Shown: positions 13,020-26,194, counted from the whole stretch's first letter. The stretch is DNA of 61,469 bases, filler included, from Choristocarpus tenellus KU-1152 (GCA_964200185.2; 10 parts of 10 records of this genome joined end to end with filler, not necessarily neighbours in it), one strand, 5' to 3'. Notes: generated by a model from the sequence alone, not told the origin. Made by a program: numbers and translations.

Positions 13020-14490
13020 TGCCAAAAAAATCGAGGATGTCCGCTTGTTTGATTGCCCTTGCCCCGATTGCCGTGAGCCAAGTCAGCTTTGCTTTCTGGA
13101 GATATACTAGTACGAAACATCGTTCATGCTGCAAGCTTCGGCGGTTGTTTCTAAGCTTGCAAACTCGTCAGCTACTTGAGAGTACGGCGGTGGAGAAATC
13201 GAGAACACTGAAGAGGCTGCTCCTTTCCTCACGGTCCCCAATGCGCTGCCCCCTCGCATAAACCCATCGTCATCCTCGTCACAGCTTTCATTGTCTGACT
13301 GGTACAAGGATTCCTCGAGGAGCTGGTCTTTCTTTTCCTCTAGTACCATATTGGCCATTTCACCATTGTCTTCCACACCGATCCACGCTCTCTCTACGTC
13401 GATGGAAGCCTGAGACGGTTTTCCGCCGGGTTTGAGGTACAGAGCGTCAAGAGCATCGGGAGATCCTCATTAATATATAGGGACACCTTGTGGGACGTAC
13501 CTCTACGAGCAAAATGGCCACCCGTGATACTACAGTACATAATACAGATATTACAGTACGACAGAAATGCGCGCAAAATTTCAAAAAATTCAATCATGAT
13601 CCCCATCAGCAGACAGTACAGAAAGACATTCCAATCACGATCACAATCAACCTATTTTCACACTTTCAATCCACGCGCTGAAGCACCTTGGCACCCCTTG
13701 TAGACTTGGCATCAGGCTTCAGCGTCTGCGCTTTGTCCATGATGGTTTTTGCGTCCTTCAAATTGTAGAGGGTGCTGTGACCGACTCCAAACTTTTGAGC
13801 AACTGCAGTTTTCTTCACGATCTTCAGGAGTGTCGACGCTTCCACCTTCTCTGCAAAGCTCTAGCGTTTACGATTGACGGCACCGTGCGGCTTGTAGGAC
13901 GCGACTTTCTCCGTAGATTTATTTGGCAGCACCTTCCTCCTTGCCCTTGTTCTGCTTATCGTGGGGCTTCGACGCCATGTTGTCACCGGATGGAGGAATC
14001 AAAGCCTTGCACTTGGTGGGGCTCACGCACAACTTCACATGTGTTCCATTTCTCCGGTCCCCCAAAGGATCCGCGATGCTGCAGATGCCATGGACATAGC
14101 CGCTACAAACGCGACACTTACGGCATGTATAGTGTGACGGACCAGGAGTATTACCCTGTATGTTGCAGCTGGATACCGCTGCGCAGGGCATCGTTTCATC
14201 TGTACAATGCAGTGGTCTAAACTTTATGTGATATACTGTACTGTGCAGTACTCAGAGACGGACTGCTTGCTATGCTATATTTTGCTTAACTTCAGGCATG
14301 ACGTTTTGTGAAACCCCTTAAAGCAGTAGTGAAAAAAATGTGAGTTTGCTCGATCGATATAAGAGAGAATTGGGGCGATAACAGCGAATTTTCTTATCCC
14401 TCAAAAGTTGTGACAAGGGAATTTACCCTCTCTTATATCCAGTTTTCTCTTATATTGACCTCTCTTATATAGATACACCCACGTACTATG
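13020..14490 (-). mobile_element. Internally deleted pogo/Tigger-family DNA transposon remnant
   Basis: Minus strand ~13700-13870 reads RKR*SFAEKVEASTLLKIVKKTAVAQKFGVGHSTLYNLK (CENP-B-type N-terminal HTH); ~13020-13376 is an acidic tail ending AIKQADILDFFG; three CTCTTATAT subterminal repeats at ~14430-14470; no DDE core seen. Confidence 0.75.
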
Positions 14491-15660
14491 TAGTAAAAAC
14501 AAGTTTCCAACCAATGAACCCTTTCTTGAACTTATCGTAGATACAGGTACTTGATCGTACAATACTACTGTATGTATTGTTACTACTTGTTTTGTTCTGT
14601 TCTTGGACGCAATTGTACAACAGTAGAGCAGTAGTATACATACAGTAGTAGGTGATACTTCAAATTTAGAGTAGCAGTAGTAAAGTAGGGGTTGTAAGTT
14701 GCAAGAGTACTCTCTACACTCTTCTAAACATATATATATATGTAGATGGAAGTACTAGTATTAATGTATATATCCGTATCATACAAAGACTACAGGTAGA
14801 AAGGTTCTTGAGAAGGTCTTCTTCTCCCACCATAGTACTGACTAGTCCATAAACGAAAATATCAATACCAACCCTCCTACCATTCAATATCGTGCGAACA
14901 GACTCAATGCGTGCCCATATCTCGCGAAGGGAGTTTGATTTTCAATTCAAAATTGGTTGATTAGAATCCCTAACAACATTTTCAACCTCTTTGTAGACCA
15001 GCGCCGAAAGTTGACTCGAGTTCAGTCATATCCAGCTACTTGTGGCACATCTATGACGAGCATGAAGAGACCTCGAGTAACAGTTCCCTGTGTCCCCTCC
15101 CGCCCTGTCCCACCACCCGCAAAAGTGGGTATACGTGGTGGGGGTACAGGTGCCCCGAAGAAGATGCTGGCGTCTCGGTGTGAGGTAATTAATGCATGCT
15201 GCCCCAGGTCTCTCTCCACAAACTTACTGCAATTTCTCCCTTTGTTTTCGATGGTGTAAACATCGGAGGAGTGTGAGTCTTTTTTACCTCTACTTGTAAT
15301 GGTAATTCCTTGCACGGTAGCTGGATCTGCGAAGTTCAACCCCTCATGTTGCCCTGACCCCTACAAGGCATGCTCAGGCCCACCTGCGATAGCTACGTTT
15401 CCTTTGCCCTTGTCAGAACTCTTCGATCCAGCTTAGCTTTTCCCCCCCGTAAATACTTGACCTGACAATAATCCCCTCCGTGTTATCCCTGCGATATGCA
15501 GACTGGGAGACCTCCCATAATTCCCAGACAACCCCTTCTTGATCCAACGCGAGAAGACGAAAACGAATGCTCGGTCAGTCGTTCTAGGCCCGAGTCCGAC
15601 AAGCGTTCTGTGAGGCCAAACCGCGTCCTGCAGGAAATGTCATGCCCCCTTCAGGTGATT

Positions 15661-15737
15661 GAGTAAAGTATCTTAGAGGGTACGAGTTTTGCCCTGTTTG
15701 TCCATTTGGGGCTTGGCTTCCCTCGGGATTTTTTATG
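15661..15737 (+). mobile_element. MITE-A left end (cut by contig end)
   Basis: GAGTAAAGTATCTTAGAGGGTACGAGTTTTGCCCTGTTTGTCCATTTGGGG. Confidence 0.9.
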
Positions 15738-15837
15738 NNNNNNNNNNNNNNNNNNNNNNNNNNNNNNNNNNNNNNNNNNNNTTAATTAATTAANNNNNNN
15801 NNNNNNNNNNNNNNNNNNNNNNNNNNNNNNNNNNNNN
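15738..15837. other. Artificial contig-joining spacer
   Basis: Same 100-bp linker. Confidence 0.98.
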
Positions 15838-15859
15838 CCCCCCCCAGATACTTTGGGTC
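15838..15859 (+). mobile_element. MITE-B right end (contig start)
   Basis: CCCCCCCCAGATACTTTGGGTC. Confidence 0.75.
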
Positions 15860-16480
15860 AGCCCTTGTAGCCCAACCGTAACACCTTCTTTCTCTTTTCC
15901 TTAAGCCACTCCGGCTCACATAGGTTCCAAACAGCTAGGGCCTGCTGCAACTGTCGACTACTACGATACTCTATACACGGGTTTTCACTTAGGCGTTTCC
16001 TGAGCGCAATGATACACAGTCACACTGCTCTCTTTCCCAATCTTCCCTTAGGGCGGCCACCCCGGTTGTCCCTTCGCCTGCCATGACCAGGCTTCCCCAC
16101 AGACTTCGTCACTGTACCACCTGGTGATGGGCTCGCCCCTCTCTTCCTGCTTTTCAGAGGCAGCAGAGACTGCGGAGCAGTGCTCTGGCATGGTTGAAGA
16201 TCCAACCACGTTTGTGCGGTAATGCTTTCAATGCATCTTCTCTCAGCATCAGTGTCACAGGCGCGTGGTCCATTGCACGATTTGATCATGCTGCTGCGCC
16301 ACAGTTGACAGAAAACGGTAGATCCAGGGGGCAGAATGGCCTTGGCGGCGGCTCTCTTTGTCTCACCATTGTGGTTCTTGTTGCTGTGTGGGTCACGTGG
16401 GTATGTGCTCTCAAAAAGTCTACAAATGGCGCTAAAAAAGATGTCCTCAAATCTTGCTTTATTGTCGATATTCCCAGAAG
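15860..16480 (-). pseudogene. Decayed copy of the putative transposase 5' region also at 40180-40845
   Basis: Peptides NGPRACDTDAERRCIESITAQTWLDLQP and TVTKSVGKPG...GRPKGRLGKRAV align with NGPRGRDTDTERRCIESITTQTWLGLQP and TVTKSAGKPG...GRPKGRLGRRAV. Confidence 0.75.
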
Positions 16481-16673
16481 CACTGTTTCAGGGCAGCGGC
16501 CTAACCTGGATCAGGTTTTTGCGGGGAATTCAGCCAACCACTTGATTTTTGTCCGTTTTGAGGTTGTGACCATCAAAATTGCACCGGAGATGTTCCCCTG
16601 CGTTTTTTTCCATTCTTTGATCAGGGCATAGTTCCCATTCATCAGCGTAAGTACATTCCTGCATACAAAGAAA

Positions 16674-16933
16674 GAGTCAAAGCATCTTAGAGGGTAGAGC
16701 TGTATCCATTTGGGGGCCAAAATCCAATGTTACAATTTTGATGTAATTTTGACTATCATGTTCGTTAGGAGATGTCAATATCCTTGTTTATGGACACTTC
16801 CTTTCATAACATATACATTTTACCTACCCCGAAACATTTCGGAGCAGGTAAAATGTCGCCAAAAACCCGTGGGAAGTCAAGCCCCAAATGGACAAACAGG
16901 GCAAAATTCGTACCCTCTAAGATACTTTCACTC
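16674..16933 (-). mobile_element. MITE-A full length (TSD imperfect: GAAA / AAAT)
   Basis: GAGTCAAAGCATCTTAGAGGGTAGAG...GTACCCTCTAAGATACTTTCACTC. Confidence 0.9.
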
Positions 16934-17574
16934 AAATCTTCAACACATCCTATCATAAGATTTCATTTGATATTTATATTGTTGTATACTTCTTTTGTGG
17001 CAATACAGTGAAAAAAGCAAGATTACTCCAGATGGATAACCTATTGGTACCACTTTAGCAAGTTTGTATCTCACCGGTTACACATTTTCCACAGTGTTGG
17101 TTCAACTTAGACATTTCTGAAGCTACTAAGGCAACAAGTTGCTCTGCATCAATACGTTCAAAAGTTTCGATCCAAATTGACCCTCATGACTGACTGTGTG
17201 GACAATGTCTTGTCGTTTCACCATATGCAAATTCAATTAATGTCATGTTGACTACTAATAGTTTGAGATGATAGGTGGAATATCTAATTGCTCCAACATG
17301 CAAGATATTTTCAGTTTCAGCTTGAATCAGAATTTGATGCAATGCAGGCACTTGATTCCCCCTTGAATACTTGAAAAAAAAGGTGCTTTCAGTTGAACTT
17401 TATTTAGACTCAAGTTGTCGCAATATGTCGCAGGTCCAACACATTCACTATCGTTGGTTCAACTAAAAAAACTGTGTTTCAGAAGATTATTGGATGTGGT
17501 GATCTCTCATTTGCAACCTAAGTAGATATCTTCCCTCAACTACGCCTCTTCCACACTTGCCACTGGAATGGTAG

Positions 17575-20500
17575 GAGAGAGATGCTCAAGGCACAAGCAG
17601 AATTCGATATAAAACTTGCAGAAGCTGAAAAGAAAGGAGAGGCTCTCCGGGCTGCAGAGGCTCTGGAACGGGCAAAGGAGAGGTACGCATACATGAAAGG
17701 GTCATAACGGGGGAGGCCTTGGTTCGTAGTTAGTTGAAGTCGAGTCTGAACAAGTGGATGAGAGGGAAGGTGCAATTTCTGCTGTGGAAGGAGAATCTGT
17801 GCAAGGAGTATGGATAAGGCACGGAGTTGGGGAGCTTGCTGTACCTGGCAACTCATACCGCTATCTACCTCCTACTCTAGAATGCGGTCCAGTATCTTTC
17901 ATCTTGTGCAGGGACTATCTTGCATGATTGGATGGACTCTTTTCTAAATATTTCCAATCAATCTGTCCCTGAAGTTGTAGTTGTGCAATTGTATTATACT
18001 GATGGTATAAGCATGATGCAAAACTACAATCCACAAAGTTTAAGGTAAGAGTCGCAAATAGTGAATCAAGCTTCCAATATACTTTTCCTACAGAGGAAAA
18101 AAAAAGAAGGATATGGCCCCTTAGTTGAGAACGAATCTATGAAAACAACTCATGAATGCAGTTCCCTATACCTCCCCTGTTCTATTTCTTATCTCCTCTC
18201 TCTATGTGGCATTTATCCCATTGATCTGCAACTGAAATGCAATCCTCCACCTAGGTGTTTGATGAAAGAGAGGCAACATGAGTCCACAGTTGCCCTCATC
18301 CGTCTGCAAGAGGAGTGTGCAGAGGAACGTAATCGGGTCATGGAGGAGAGAGAGGTAATATGGCAACGAGTAGAGAAATCCGAAATAAGAGGATCTGCTG
18401 TGCTTCTCAAGCTCTAAGAGGCATGAAGAAATACAACACCCTTGTGATGCTTGCTGATCTCTGACTCGTTGGATATAGGGATGCGTAACTTGTACCCCAA
18501 TATATACTGTTTAACAAGAAAGGAGATATCAGTGATTGCTGCAGACAAAATGAGGAGGTTTGGGTGTGTCAGTATGACAGATTGGGGTTAATGCTCTGCC
18601 GACACGACCAACATACCCTCAATGGTTTCTTTGACAATCAGTTGTTTGGCGATATTATTGTGGAAGAGTTCGTTCAACAAATATGCCCCCCTCCCCTACA
18701 TCAAACCAAATATGAAAATTGGGTTATGGTTTAGTTGACAGAAAGGTGTGTTTTTCTTACTACTATTTGTGAACAAGAATAACATACCAAGGAGTGCGAT
18801 TGCTTCTCCAAAACCCATTGTTTACACTTGCTTCTCCTTATCACTGCAGCTGCCTTGAGAATAGAGAGACTTGAAAATAGTTGCATCTGCTAAAGGCTTG
18901 TTTGATCTAAGAAGGGGGGGCATATGTGTGACACTCAGAGTACGAGACACTTAACATGATGAGACATTGGAACTGGAATGTGGTCTACTTGGATGGTAAA
19001 CAAAAATTATGTTATGGATGAAATTTTGAGCAAGTGTCAATAACCTTGCTCCAGACCCACCTCTCATAGTCATATACATTTAAGGTAACTGTGTTCACGC
19101 GTAAAACCGAAAAAGCACAAATAAAATGCGTGGGAAACCAAGCCCGGAACGGACAAATAGGAAAAATCTCCTACCCCCTTGAATGATTATAGTCTGCTTC
19201 TCTTTGCTGCTTATCTTTTATCTGGGGTAAGGTGGACAAAGAATGATCCTGTAACCTCACCTTCTCTGAGTTGGAACCCTGATCCTATCCACCTAGTAGG
19301 CCTCCTCTTCAGCATCGTTTCACCCTCCTCAAGTCATGTTTATACAGAACACACTCTTTTTGCTCCAGTTCACTATCTGCAATCAATGCACAGCATGTAA
19401 TTACAAGTTAATGCAACCATATTCCTCTGTTCCAAAGCTGCATTCCCTTCCCATTCCTTGATTCTATCAGTGACCTCTCAACATATGATCATTCAATTGA
19501 ACGTTTAAGTCCAAACAGTTAGGTCAAGCCCAAAATGGAAATTTTGAAATTCGGGCAATATCGAATAATCTCTGGTCCAACAAGCCGAAAATATACTTGA
19601 ATCTTCTCTATGTGCTGACTACCCCTGGACGGTGTAGGCTTGCTCAAAACACACTAAACATATAGATATAGATATCCTACCCCCTTATCTTGAGTCAACC
19701 CCTCCTGTTTCGTCCTGTTGACTCTTTCTCAAACCTATGGTTCCCTTGATCAATCATTGTCCCTTTGTTATCCTCCCCATATGATGCATGGGGGATGCAT
19801 GTTGTTGTATTTCTTAGGGTTAGATTACTTTTTTGGGTGCGTATGCATTTGGATGTGCAACACATTCCCAATGTAATCATGGAAAATCCGAGACAGTACA
19901 ACAATAGCCGACCCTTCTTTTTTCCCTCAAATCATCTCAAGCACTCGATCCATTGATTGGCGCCAGTTTCATCTTGTATTAGAAAATTCTTGACTGAGAG
20001 TGTTATATCGCCACAATGTCCCACTCCTCCCTTTTTACAGTTACTCATGTCCATACTTGTGTGTGTGTGTGTGTGTTGTTTTGTATTGCACCTCGGTTTG
20101 TATGACCTACATGAGTTCAGGCACGGGTACAGCTGCAGCTTGAGGAGAAGCGAAAGCAGAAGGCGTTGGAGGTGGAAACCCAGAGAATTGCTGCAGACAA
20201 GAGGATCCAGGTCGGACTATCTCAATGCTTATGTTAATGCACACATTTCTAAGAATCCAAGTGTACAATAGAGTGAGTGAGCATGGGGTCTCAACCGCAC
20301 ACACTCCTTCTGACACCAAAATCGAGCAAAATATTCATAGACCTAGAAAAGGCTGCAAGAACTTGCAGTAGTATAATAGGTTGAGTCATTTGTATTTTAT
20401 ACTCTATACCAACATGAAATAAAATAGGAATTTGGGTCAGGGTTGAGGGAGCGTAAGTTTCATGCTGATAATATCCGAAGATAGTTGAGCCAGAGTAATT

Positions 20501-22265
20501 GTGTATTTGACCAAGAGCAAGAGTGCATACTGGTCAACTATTTTTTCAAAGGACAGCATGTTGATCATCATACTTTTTAATCGAACCTCCGTAGAGTCAA
20601 AGTGTCTTAGAGGGTAGAGCGCATCCATTTGGAGGCCTCAATCCAATGTTGCAATTTAGATGTAATTTTGGGTAACATGTTTGTTAGGAGATGTCCATAT
20701 CCTCGTTCCGAACATACCTTTTCATAACGTATACATTTACAATACTCCGAAACATTTTGGAGTGCGTAAAATGTCATTTTAAAATCCGTGGGAGGCCAAG
20801 CCCCAGATGGACAAACAGGGAAAAACTCGTAACCTCTAAGATAATTTCACTCCGTACCAGGATTCTTTCTCTGCTTGCTTCCCTGACCTAGACATTGGAA
20901 ACCTCAACCGCAACCCTTACATGAAGACCTCTACAAACATACACTGGCTCAAAGTATCTGGGGGGGTGGCGACTGTCCATTTGGGGCCTTTCTTTCCATG
21001 TTGCCATTTTTGGGGGAATTTGGTTGTATGTGTCGGATGGATAATGTAAGTGCACTTTCCTGGTCACGTCCGAAATGGACACCCTGGTATAGACCCCCCC
21101 CTCCTCCCCCAGACTGTTTGAGTCACTCCTCTACTATTCCAATCTCTCAACCCACTTACATCAAGTGTCATCAATTGTGGATTGTTTCAATCCTCGAATT
21201 GTCACACATTATCAAGAGATTGGAGTTGGCATAACATAGCTGCTTTCCTAATGTAGCAACCATTTACTCTTCTTTCGAGCTCCTTAGATCAAAACCTGTG
21301 CCCTGTTCTGCACATCAAGTCAATCCTCCTACCTGCTTCAAAGTACCCCAAATCTTCACCCAGACCACTTCTCCAAAGAATGAATCCGCTTCACCAGCGG
21401 CACACCAACTCAGCTCTACCACTAGCTCCCTACCTGTTCCCAAAACATGTTCAGTTTCAATAGTAAGTCAAACTCTGAACCTAATCCTAACTAAGCCTAG
21501 GTCCAAGTCAATGACCTCCATAAATTGTAGACATAGCTACTGTGGCAGAAGGTATTGTATAGGGGTTTTTTTGTACTTACAGCATTTTTATTTGGCGTAG
21601 TGTTACTGCTGATTATCAAACGTAAAGCTTACAGGTATAACCCAACTGGCCTATACATGGTTAGAATGTCTCGATATCCATAGACTCGTACAAGCTAAAC
21701 AATAAACCGAAACGAAACCATCCCATGTGAAACTCTTCCGGATCCGGTTGTGCTGGATAGTGATGGAGCACCCACCCCCCATCTGGGGAAGCTAGCCTAG
21801 CCTTGACTTCCCTCACCCAAACTGCGAACCCACAATCCATTAGAGGAAATGTAATATTCTGCTGTGGTGTATGCTAGTGCTCCATAATACAAATATATTC
21901 CTACGTGGTGTGCCGTCATGTTCATTTCCATGAAACGATGTAGTGTGTTTTCCTTATCACCCCATTCATAGAGGCCTAACTGCAATATAGTTGGGTAAAA
22001 TGTTGCCAGTGGGGTTCAGATTCGAAAAATGATTGGTTGGAGTTTGTGCTGTTCCTATCACCCCCCTTTTCCGGTCTGTTTCTACAAGCTGTGGTCCATC
22101 TTTCTTGACAGTAGCACTAACTTCACACTGAATTAGAAGCACCACAGGGCAGCTCCTTTGATAACCCACTCATGATCAACAGCTATGTGATGATAGGAGG
22201 CGATAGAGAGGAATCTGAAGATTCAGGAGGAAAAGAAGAAACAATATGAAGCAAAGGTTGCCGAG
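17575..22265 (+). CDS. Four exons (17575-17682, 18255-18354, 20121-20210, 22197-22265) of an unidentified coiled-coil protein
   Basis: All AG/GT-bounded with compatible junction phases (2,0,0); peptides REMLKAQAEFDIKLAEAEKK..., CLMKERQHES..., ARVQLQLEEKRKQKALE..., EAIERNLKIQEEKKKQYEAKVAE. Confidence 0.65.
19028..19194 (-). mobile_element. Highly diverged MITE-A relative
   Basis: AAGTGTCAATAACCTTGCTCCAGACCCACCT and GTGGGAAACCAAGCCCGGAACGGACAAATAGGAAAAATCTCCTACCC match MITE-A internal and left-subterminal blocks. Confidence 0.6.
20594..20852 (-). mobile_element. MITE-A full length, TSD CGTA
   Basis: CGTA|GAGTCAAAGTGTCTTAGAGGG...AAGATAATTTCACTC|CGTA. Confidence 0.93.
20946..21124 (+). mobile_element. 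MITE-B full length (~180 bp), flanked by ACT/ACT
   Basis: GGCTCAAAGTATCTGGGG...CCCCAGACTGTTTGAGTC; colinear with 44070-44250. Confidence 0.88.
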
Positions 22266-22376
22266 GTGAGTACTGATTTAGGAGAAGGCACAGAGTGGAG
22301 GGATAGATGTGGTTGCCACACTATATGACTGTTAAGAGTGTCATTGCAGTCTCTTGTATGAATGGAGAAAACATAC

Positions 22377-22446
22377 GAGCCAAAGTATCTTAGAGGGTAG
22401 AGCCGCGTCCATTTGGGGATCAAAATACAATGTTGTGATTTTGATG
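22377..22446 (-). mobile_element. MITE-A right end (cut by contig end)
   Basis: GAGCCAAAGTATCTTAGAGGGTAGAGCCGCGTCCATTTGGGG. Confidence 0.9.
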
Positions 22447-22546
22447 NNNNNNNNNNNNNNNNNNNNNNNNNNNNNNNNNNNNNNNNNNNNTTAATTAATT
22501 AANNNNNNNNNNNNNNNNNNNNNNNNNNNNNNNNNNNNNNNNNNNN
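22447..22546. other. Artificial contig-joining spacer
   Basis: Same 100-bp linker. Confidence 0.98.
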
Positions 22547-22600
22547 CCGAAACGGATGCCCCCTCACAAACCACCCCCCACCCCCCAGATACTTTGACCC
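22547..22600 (+). mobile_element. MITE-B right end (contig start)
   Basis: CCGAAACGGATG...CCCCCCAGATACTTTGACCC. Confidence 0.7.
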
Positions 22601-23008
22601 TCATGACAGTTTATTAATTGACTCGAAAAAAGTCAAAGTATGCGCAGAGAAAACGAGATATCCACAAGGAAACGTCCAGGGCTGTGTAAGGAAGATCAAA
22701 CTGAATCCTGCAGAGTGAGCAAACACCATCAGATGCCTGACAATAACTGACCTATTATCAGTCGAGATCTAGTACTAACACATGATTAAATGCATCGACT
22801 CGAACAAGTTTTTTGTGATTCAGAGCCCAACATGGACCACACTGTTGCTATAGTCCTCAGGGAAATGGACTGTAGATCACAATACAACAATCTTGAAGTA
22901 TCTCATTCATACAACGGCGATTTGCTGTATCAAAGACCAACACAGTACATGGCCTCAAATAACACACTTGAATCACACTGAACAGCCTTTACACCCTCTG
23001 CTGCTCAT

Positions 23009-23023
23009 CCCTAACCCTAACCC
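23009..23023 (-). repeat. Interstitial telomere-like tract
   Basis: CCCTAACCCTAACCC. Confidence 0.7.
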
Positions 23024-23160
23024 CAAAGGACCCAATCAATTCCACTGTACCTAGTTTTCATAACCTAACTCTATTGCAGAAGCGTACCAATAATGATAAT
23101 AGTAATAATAGTAAAAATAATATTAATAACAGAGTTGTTGAAAATGTGTGTGCTAGGAAG

Positions 23161-24476
23161 GAATGGAATGAGCTAGAACACCTCAATATGATGTAGTCCC
23201 TTGGAGGTGACGATTATTGGTCGGACAGGTGAATGGCCAGGCATGAACCAATCTTGTACTACGGGTGCTTAATCTTGTAAGTAAAATCACTTGGACATTT
23301 TAGTGGGAAGGGTTTGATGGGGAGGGGGAAGAGGGGGAGAAAACAAATAAGATTATTTTGACTTTTTGTTACATTTTGTTGTGGGAGGGGTATCAGGGAT
23401 TGTAATTTTTTAGGTTTGAAGTTAAAATAATTGTAGTAATAATACTAATAAAAAATTTTTTTACTATTGTTAGTTTTTGTCAGGATTTACACATTTTTGG
23501 TTATTTGTTGCTCACCTACTACAGCGGAGTGTAAGGGAATATGCTCTACTATACTTCGAAGTACTATACTACACTGAAATTGTGAGTGTGATCTTGAAGG
23601 TATGTTGACAGGATACAAAAAAACGTCTTGTATATTAATACTAATTGTATGAAAGAATGTGAGAGTTGGTTGGGATGAATGACTTGCAAATTACTTTACC
23701 TCATGAACTTGCTGGTGGGTAGAATCTGTACATTGCTTTGGTTTCAACTACGGCTGACTGATTGCCATTGTTATCTCATTTCTTTTTATGAAGAGAATAT
23801 CGAAAGCCTTCAAGAGTTGACTCTTGAAATGGTTCATTTTTCTTGCTACCTTTTTTATAGGGTTATCTATTGCGTAGCATAGTATAGTATAGTATACTTG
23901 GTGTCTATTTGCTGTTTTTAAATTTTTATTACTAGAATTGATACTTTTAAGGCCAGTTTGAGATATGTATCTGATCCTCTCCATTATTTGGAGGCGTCTC
24001 TGTGACATGCCAACAATTTGTTTTTGTTTCTTAATAGCTATTATTATGTAGTTTATAACAACCGTTACTACTAGTATATTATTATTATGACAATGAAGTG
24101 GTAATTATAGTGTAATAGAGATGGTGTCAAAATATGGACACCATGTACACCTCCCGAGGAATGTTGTTGCCAGGAGTGTTGATTGATGGTGCGATGAGAC
24201 AGTGATTGGAGGGGAGGTTAGGTGCAGATAGTCACATTTGGTTACATATGTTTGTATCATGTGTGATTGACCAAGTGTTTGAATTCAGAAACTGACCACT
24301 ACTGTATTCATTATTTTATTATTTTTATTATTGTTACAAATCTACAGTGGTATCTCATTTCACCTTTCTTGGCATGCAACTTCAGTGAGCTCCTAGAGAG
24401 CCATGCTGTGGATACCTGCTCAGAGGTTATTGAGATCAATAAGGACCTGCTCAAAAGCCTGCCTCCAACTAAACAG
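23161..24476 (+). pseudogene. PTOX: Plastid terminal oxidase (AOX/PTOX family) pseudogene, two exons (23161-23276, 24348-24476)
   Basis: EWNELEHLNMM*SLGGDDYWSDR*MARH..YY and WYLISPFLACNFSELLESHAVDTCSEVIEINKDLLKSLPP match the di-iron motifs EWNE.HHL.IME.LGG and FSEL.E.HAVDTY; two in-frame stops and an apparent 1-nt deletion; splice sites retained. Confidence 0.82.
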
Positions 24477-25022
24477 GTGAAGGGCGTGGGAGGAGGAGGG
24501 GTGGGGGTGTGCAACAGGGCTAGCATGGGTGCAGAGGTGCGGTCATTACGTCATTCTAAGATGAACATCAAGATAATATATAGATATTGAATCATGTGTG
24601 ATGAGTGAGCACTTTATGGTTGTATGTGTATTCTGGCCTTTGATGTTATGATAGGATACTTACTAATTGTATATCTAAAGTTTGAGTATTGAAGTATTGT
24701 GGATATTGTTATATATATATATATATATATTGATACGTTCTAACTACTGATACTGTTGTTTGTGGATGAAACCGTTATTATTATTTCAGACGTATGTATA
24801 TATATTATCCCTCCAATGATTGATTGGCATCATACCGTCCTGCCAACTCCGGCATTTTTTGCCAGCACAAACCATTGGTATTTCCTGGATTGGTCATGCA
24901 ACCCACCAGAGTAGAGCCCAATTTTTTTCGGTTTGCGATTTCTGTCTTCACTCTAGTCTGGGGACTCCCCGACCTGTGGTTATGGGCACTACGCACTGTT
25001 GTTCTACTTCTCAAACTATGTA

Positions 25023-25080
25023 GACCCAAAGTATCTGGGGGGGGGGGGGGGGGGGGGGTGTACACGGGGGGGTCTTTTTG
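25023..25080 (-). mobile_element. MITE-B end (degraded, near contig end)
   Basis: GACCCAAAGTATCT-polyG-TGTACAC. Confidence 0.7.
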
Positions 25081-25128
25081 ACCCAAAAAAAAAAAAAAGA
25101 AACATATTTTATTCCTCAAACAAAAACA

Positions 25129-25228
25129 NNNNNNNNNNNNNNNNNNNNNNNNNNNNNNNNNNNNNNNNNNNNTTAATTAATTAANNNNNNNNNNNNNNNN
25201 NNNNNNNNNNNNNNNNNNNNNNNNNNNN
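25129..25228. other. Artificial contig-joining spacer
   Basis: Same 100-bp linker. Confidence 0.98.
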
Positions 25229-25616
25229 AAAAAAAAAAAAAAAAAAAAAAAAAAACTATTTTGGTACATGTATATTTATCTATATACATTACCCGTGTCA
25301 ACTTAAAGGGTTCAAACCCCTTCGATGACAGAATGTTTTCTCAAGGAGATTTAATTATTTTTATTGAGAAGGGACGGTATCAAAATACGCTATCTCAAGA
25401 TATTTACAGGAAGAAGGGTGGGGGGATGGTATGATGACAGTTACGGATACCGTCCGAGGCTTAGTATCTAGTGATAGCTACCATTACCTTCTCTTCTTTG
25501 AAACCCAATAAAGAAAAGAGTGGATTCACCTACTGATTCATTCATCACCAGCATTAACTTGTAGTACGATCTCTCCTTTTATTTTTTTCTCAACACATAT
25601 AGATAAAACATGATAC

Positions 25617-25741
25617 ACCAACACAAATACAACAAAGATGATTTACCAACACAAATACAACAGAGATGATTTACCAACACAAATACAACAAAGATGATTT
25701 ACCAACACAAATACAACAAAGATGATTTACCAACACAAATA
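25617..25741 (+). repeat. Minisatellite, 28-bp unit x ~4.5
   Basis: ACCAACACAAATACAACAAAGATGATTT at 25617, 25645, 25673, 25701, 25729. Confidence 0.95.
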
Positions 25742-26194
25742 AAATAGAGATGATATAGTAAAAATATAGGGGTTCCCCTGACACATCTGCAAAATGTCAG
25801 AGGGCATGATAATAATATAGAGATGACACACACCAAAACAATTCGAAGCATCCGACGTTTCATTAAAAAAAAAAGTTTGCTACAGGAGTAGAGCCTCTTC
25901 ATAAAAGTAACAAGAGTTATTGATATTATTGCCAGACATGATCAGCATTGAGCGTCCTTGTGGCTCAGTGGTAAAGGTAACTGTTCCTCTCTGCAACTCT
26001 CATGGGCTCGTGCCCTTTCCATGCAATTTCACCTCTTTTGATGGAAATATGGTTCCAATGATGCAATTTCACGTGACAAGCACAAATGATTATACACTTT
26101 ACACCTATACTAAAATACTATGATAATCTACTACTATGATATTATAATACTTCAATACTATAATACCACAATTAAATAGTAAATAGATAAATGT

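Noticed and set aside
25617-25741. CRISPR array (28-bp repeat)
   Set aside because: Head-to-tail repeats without spacers
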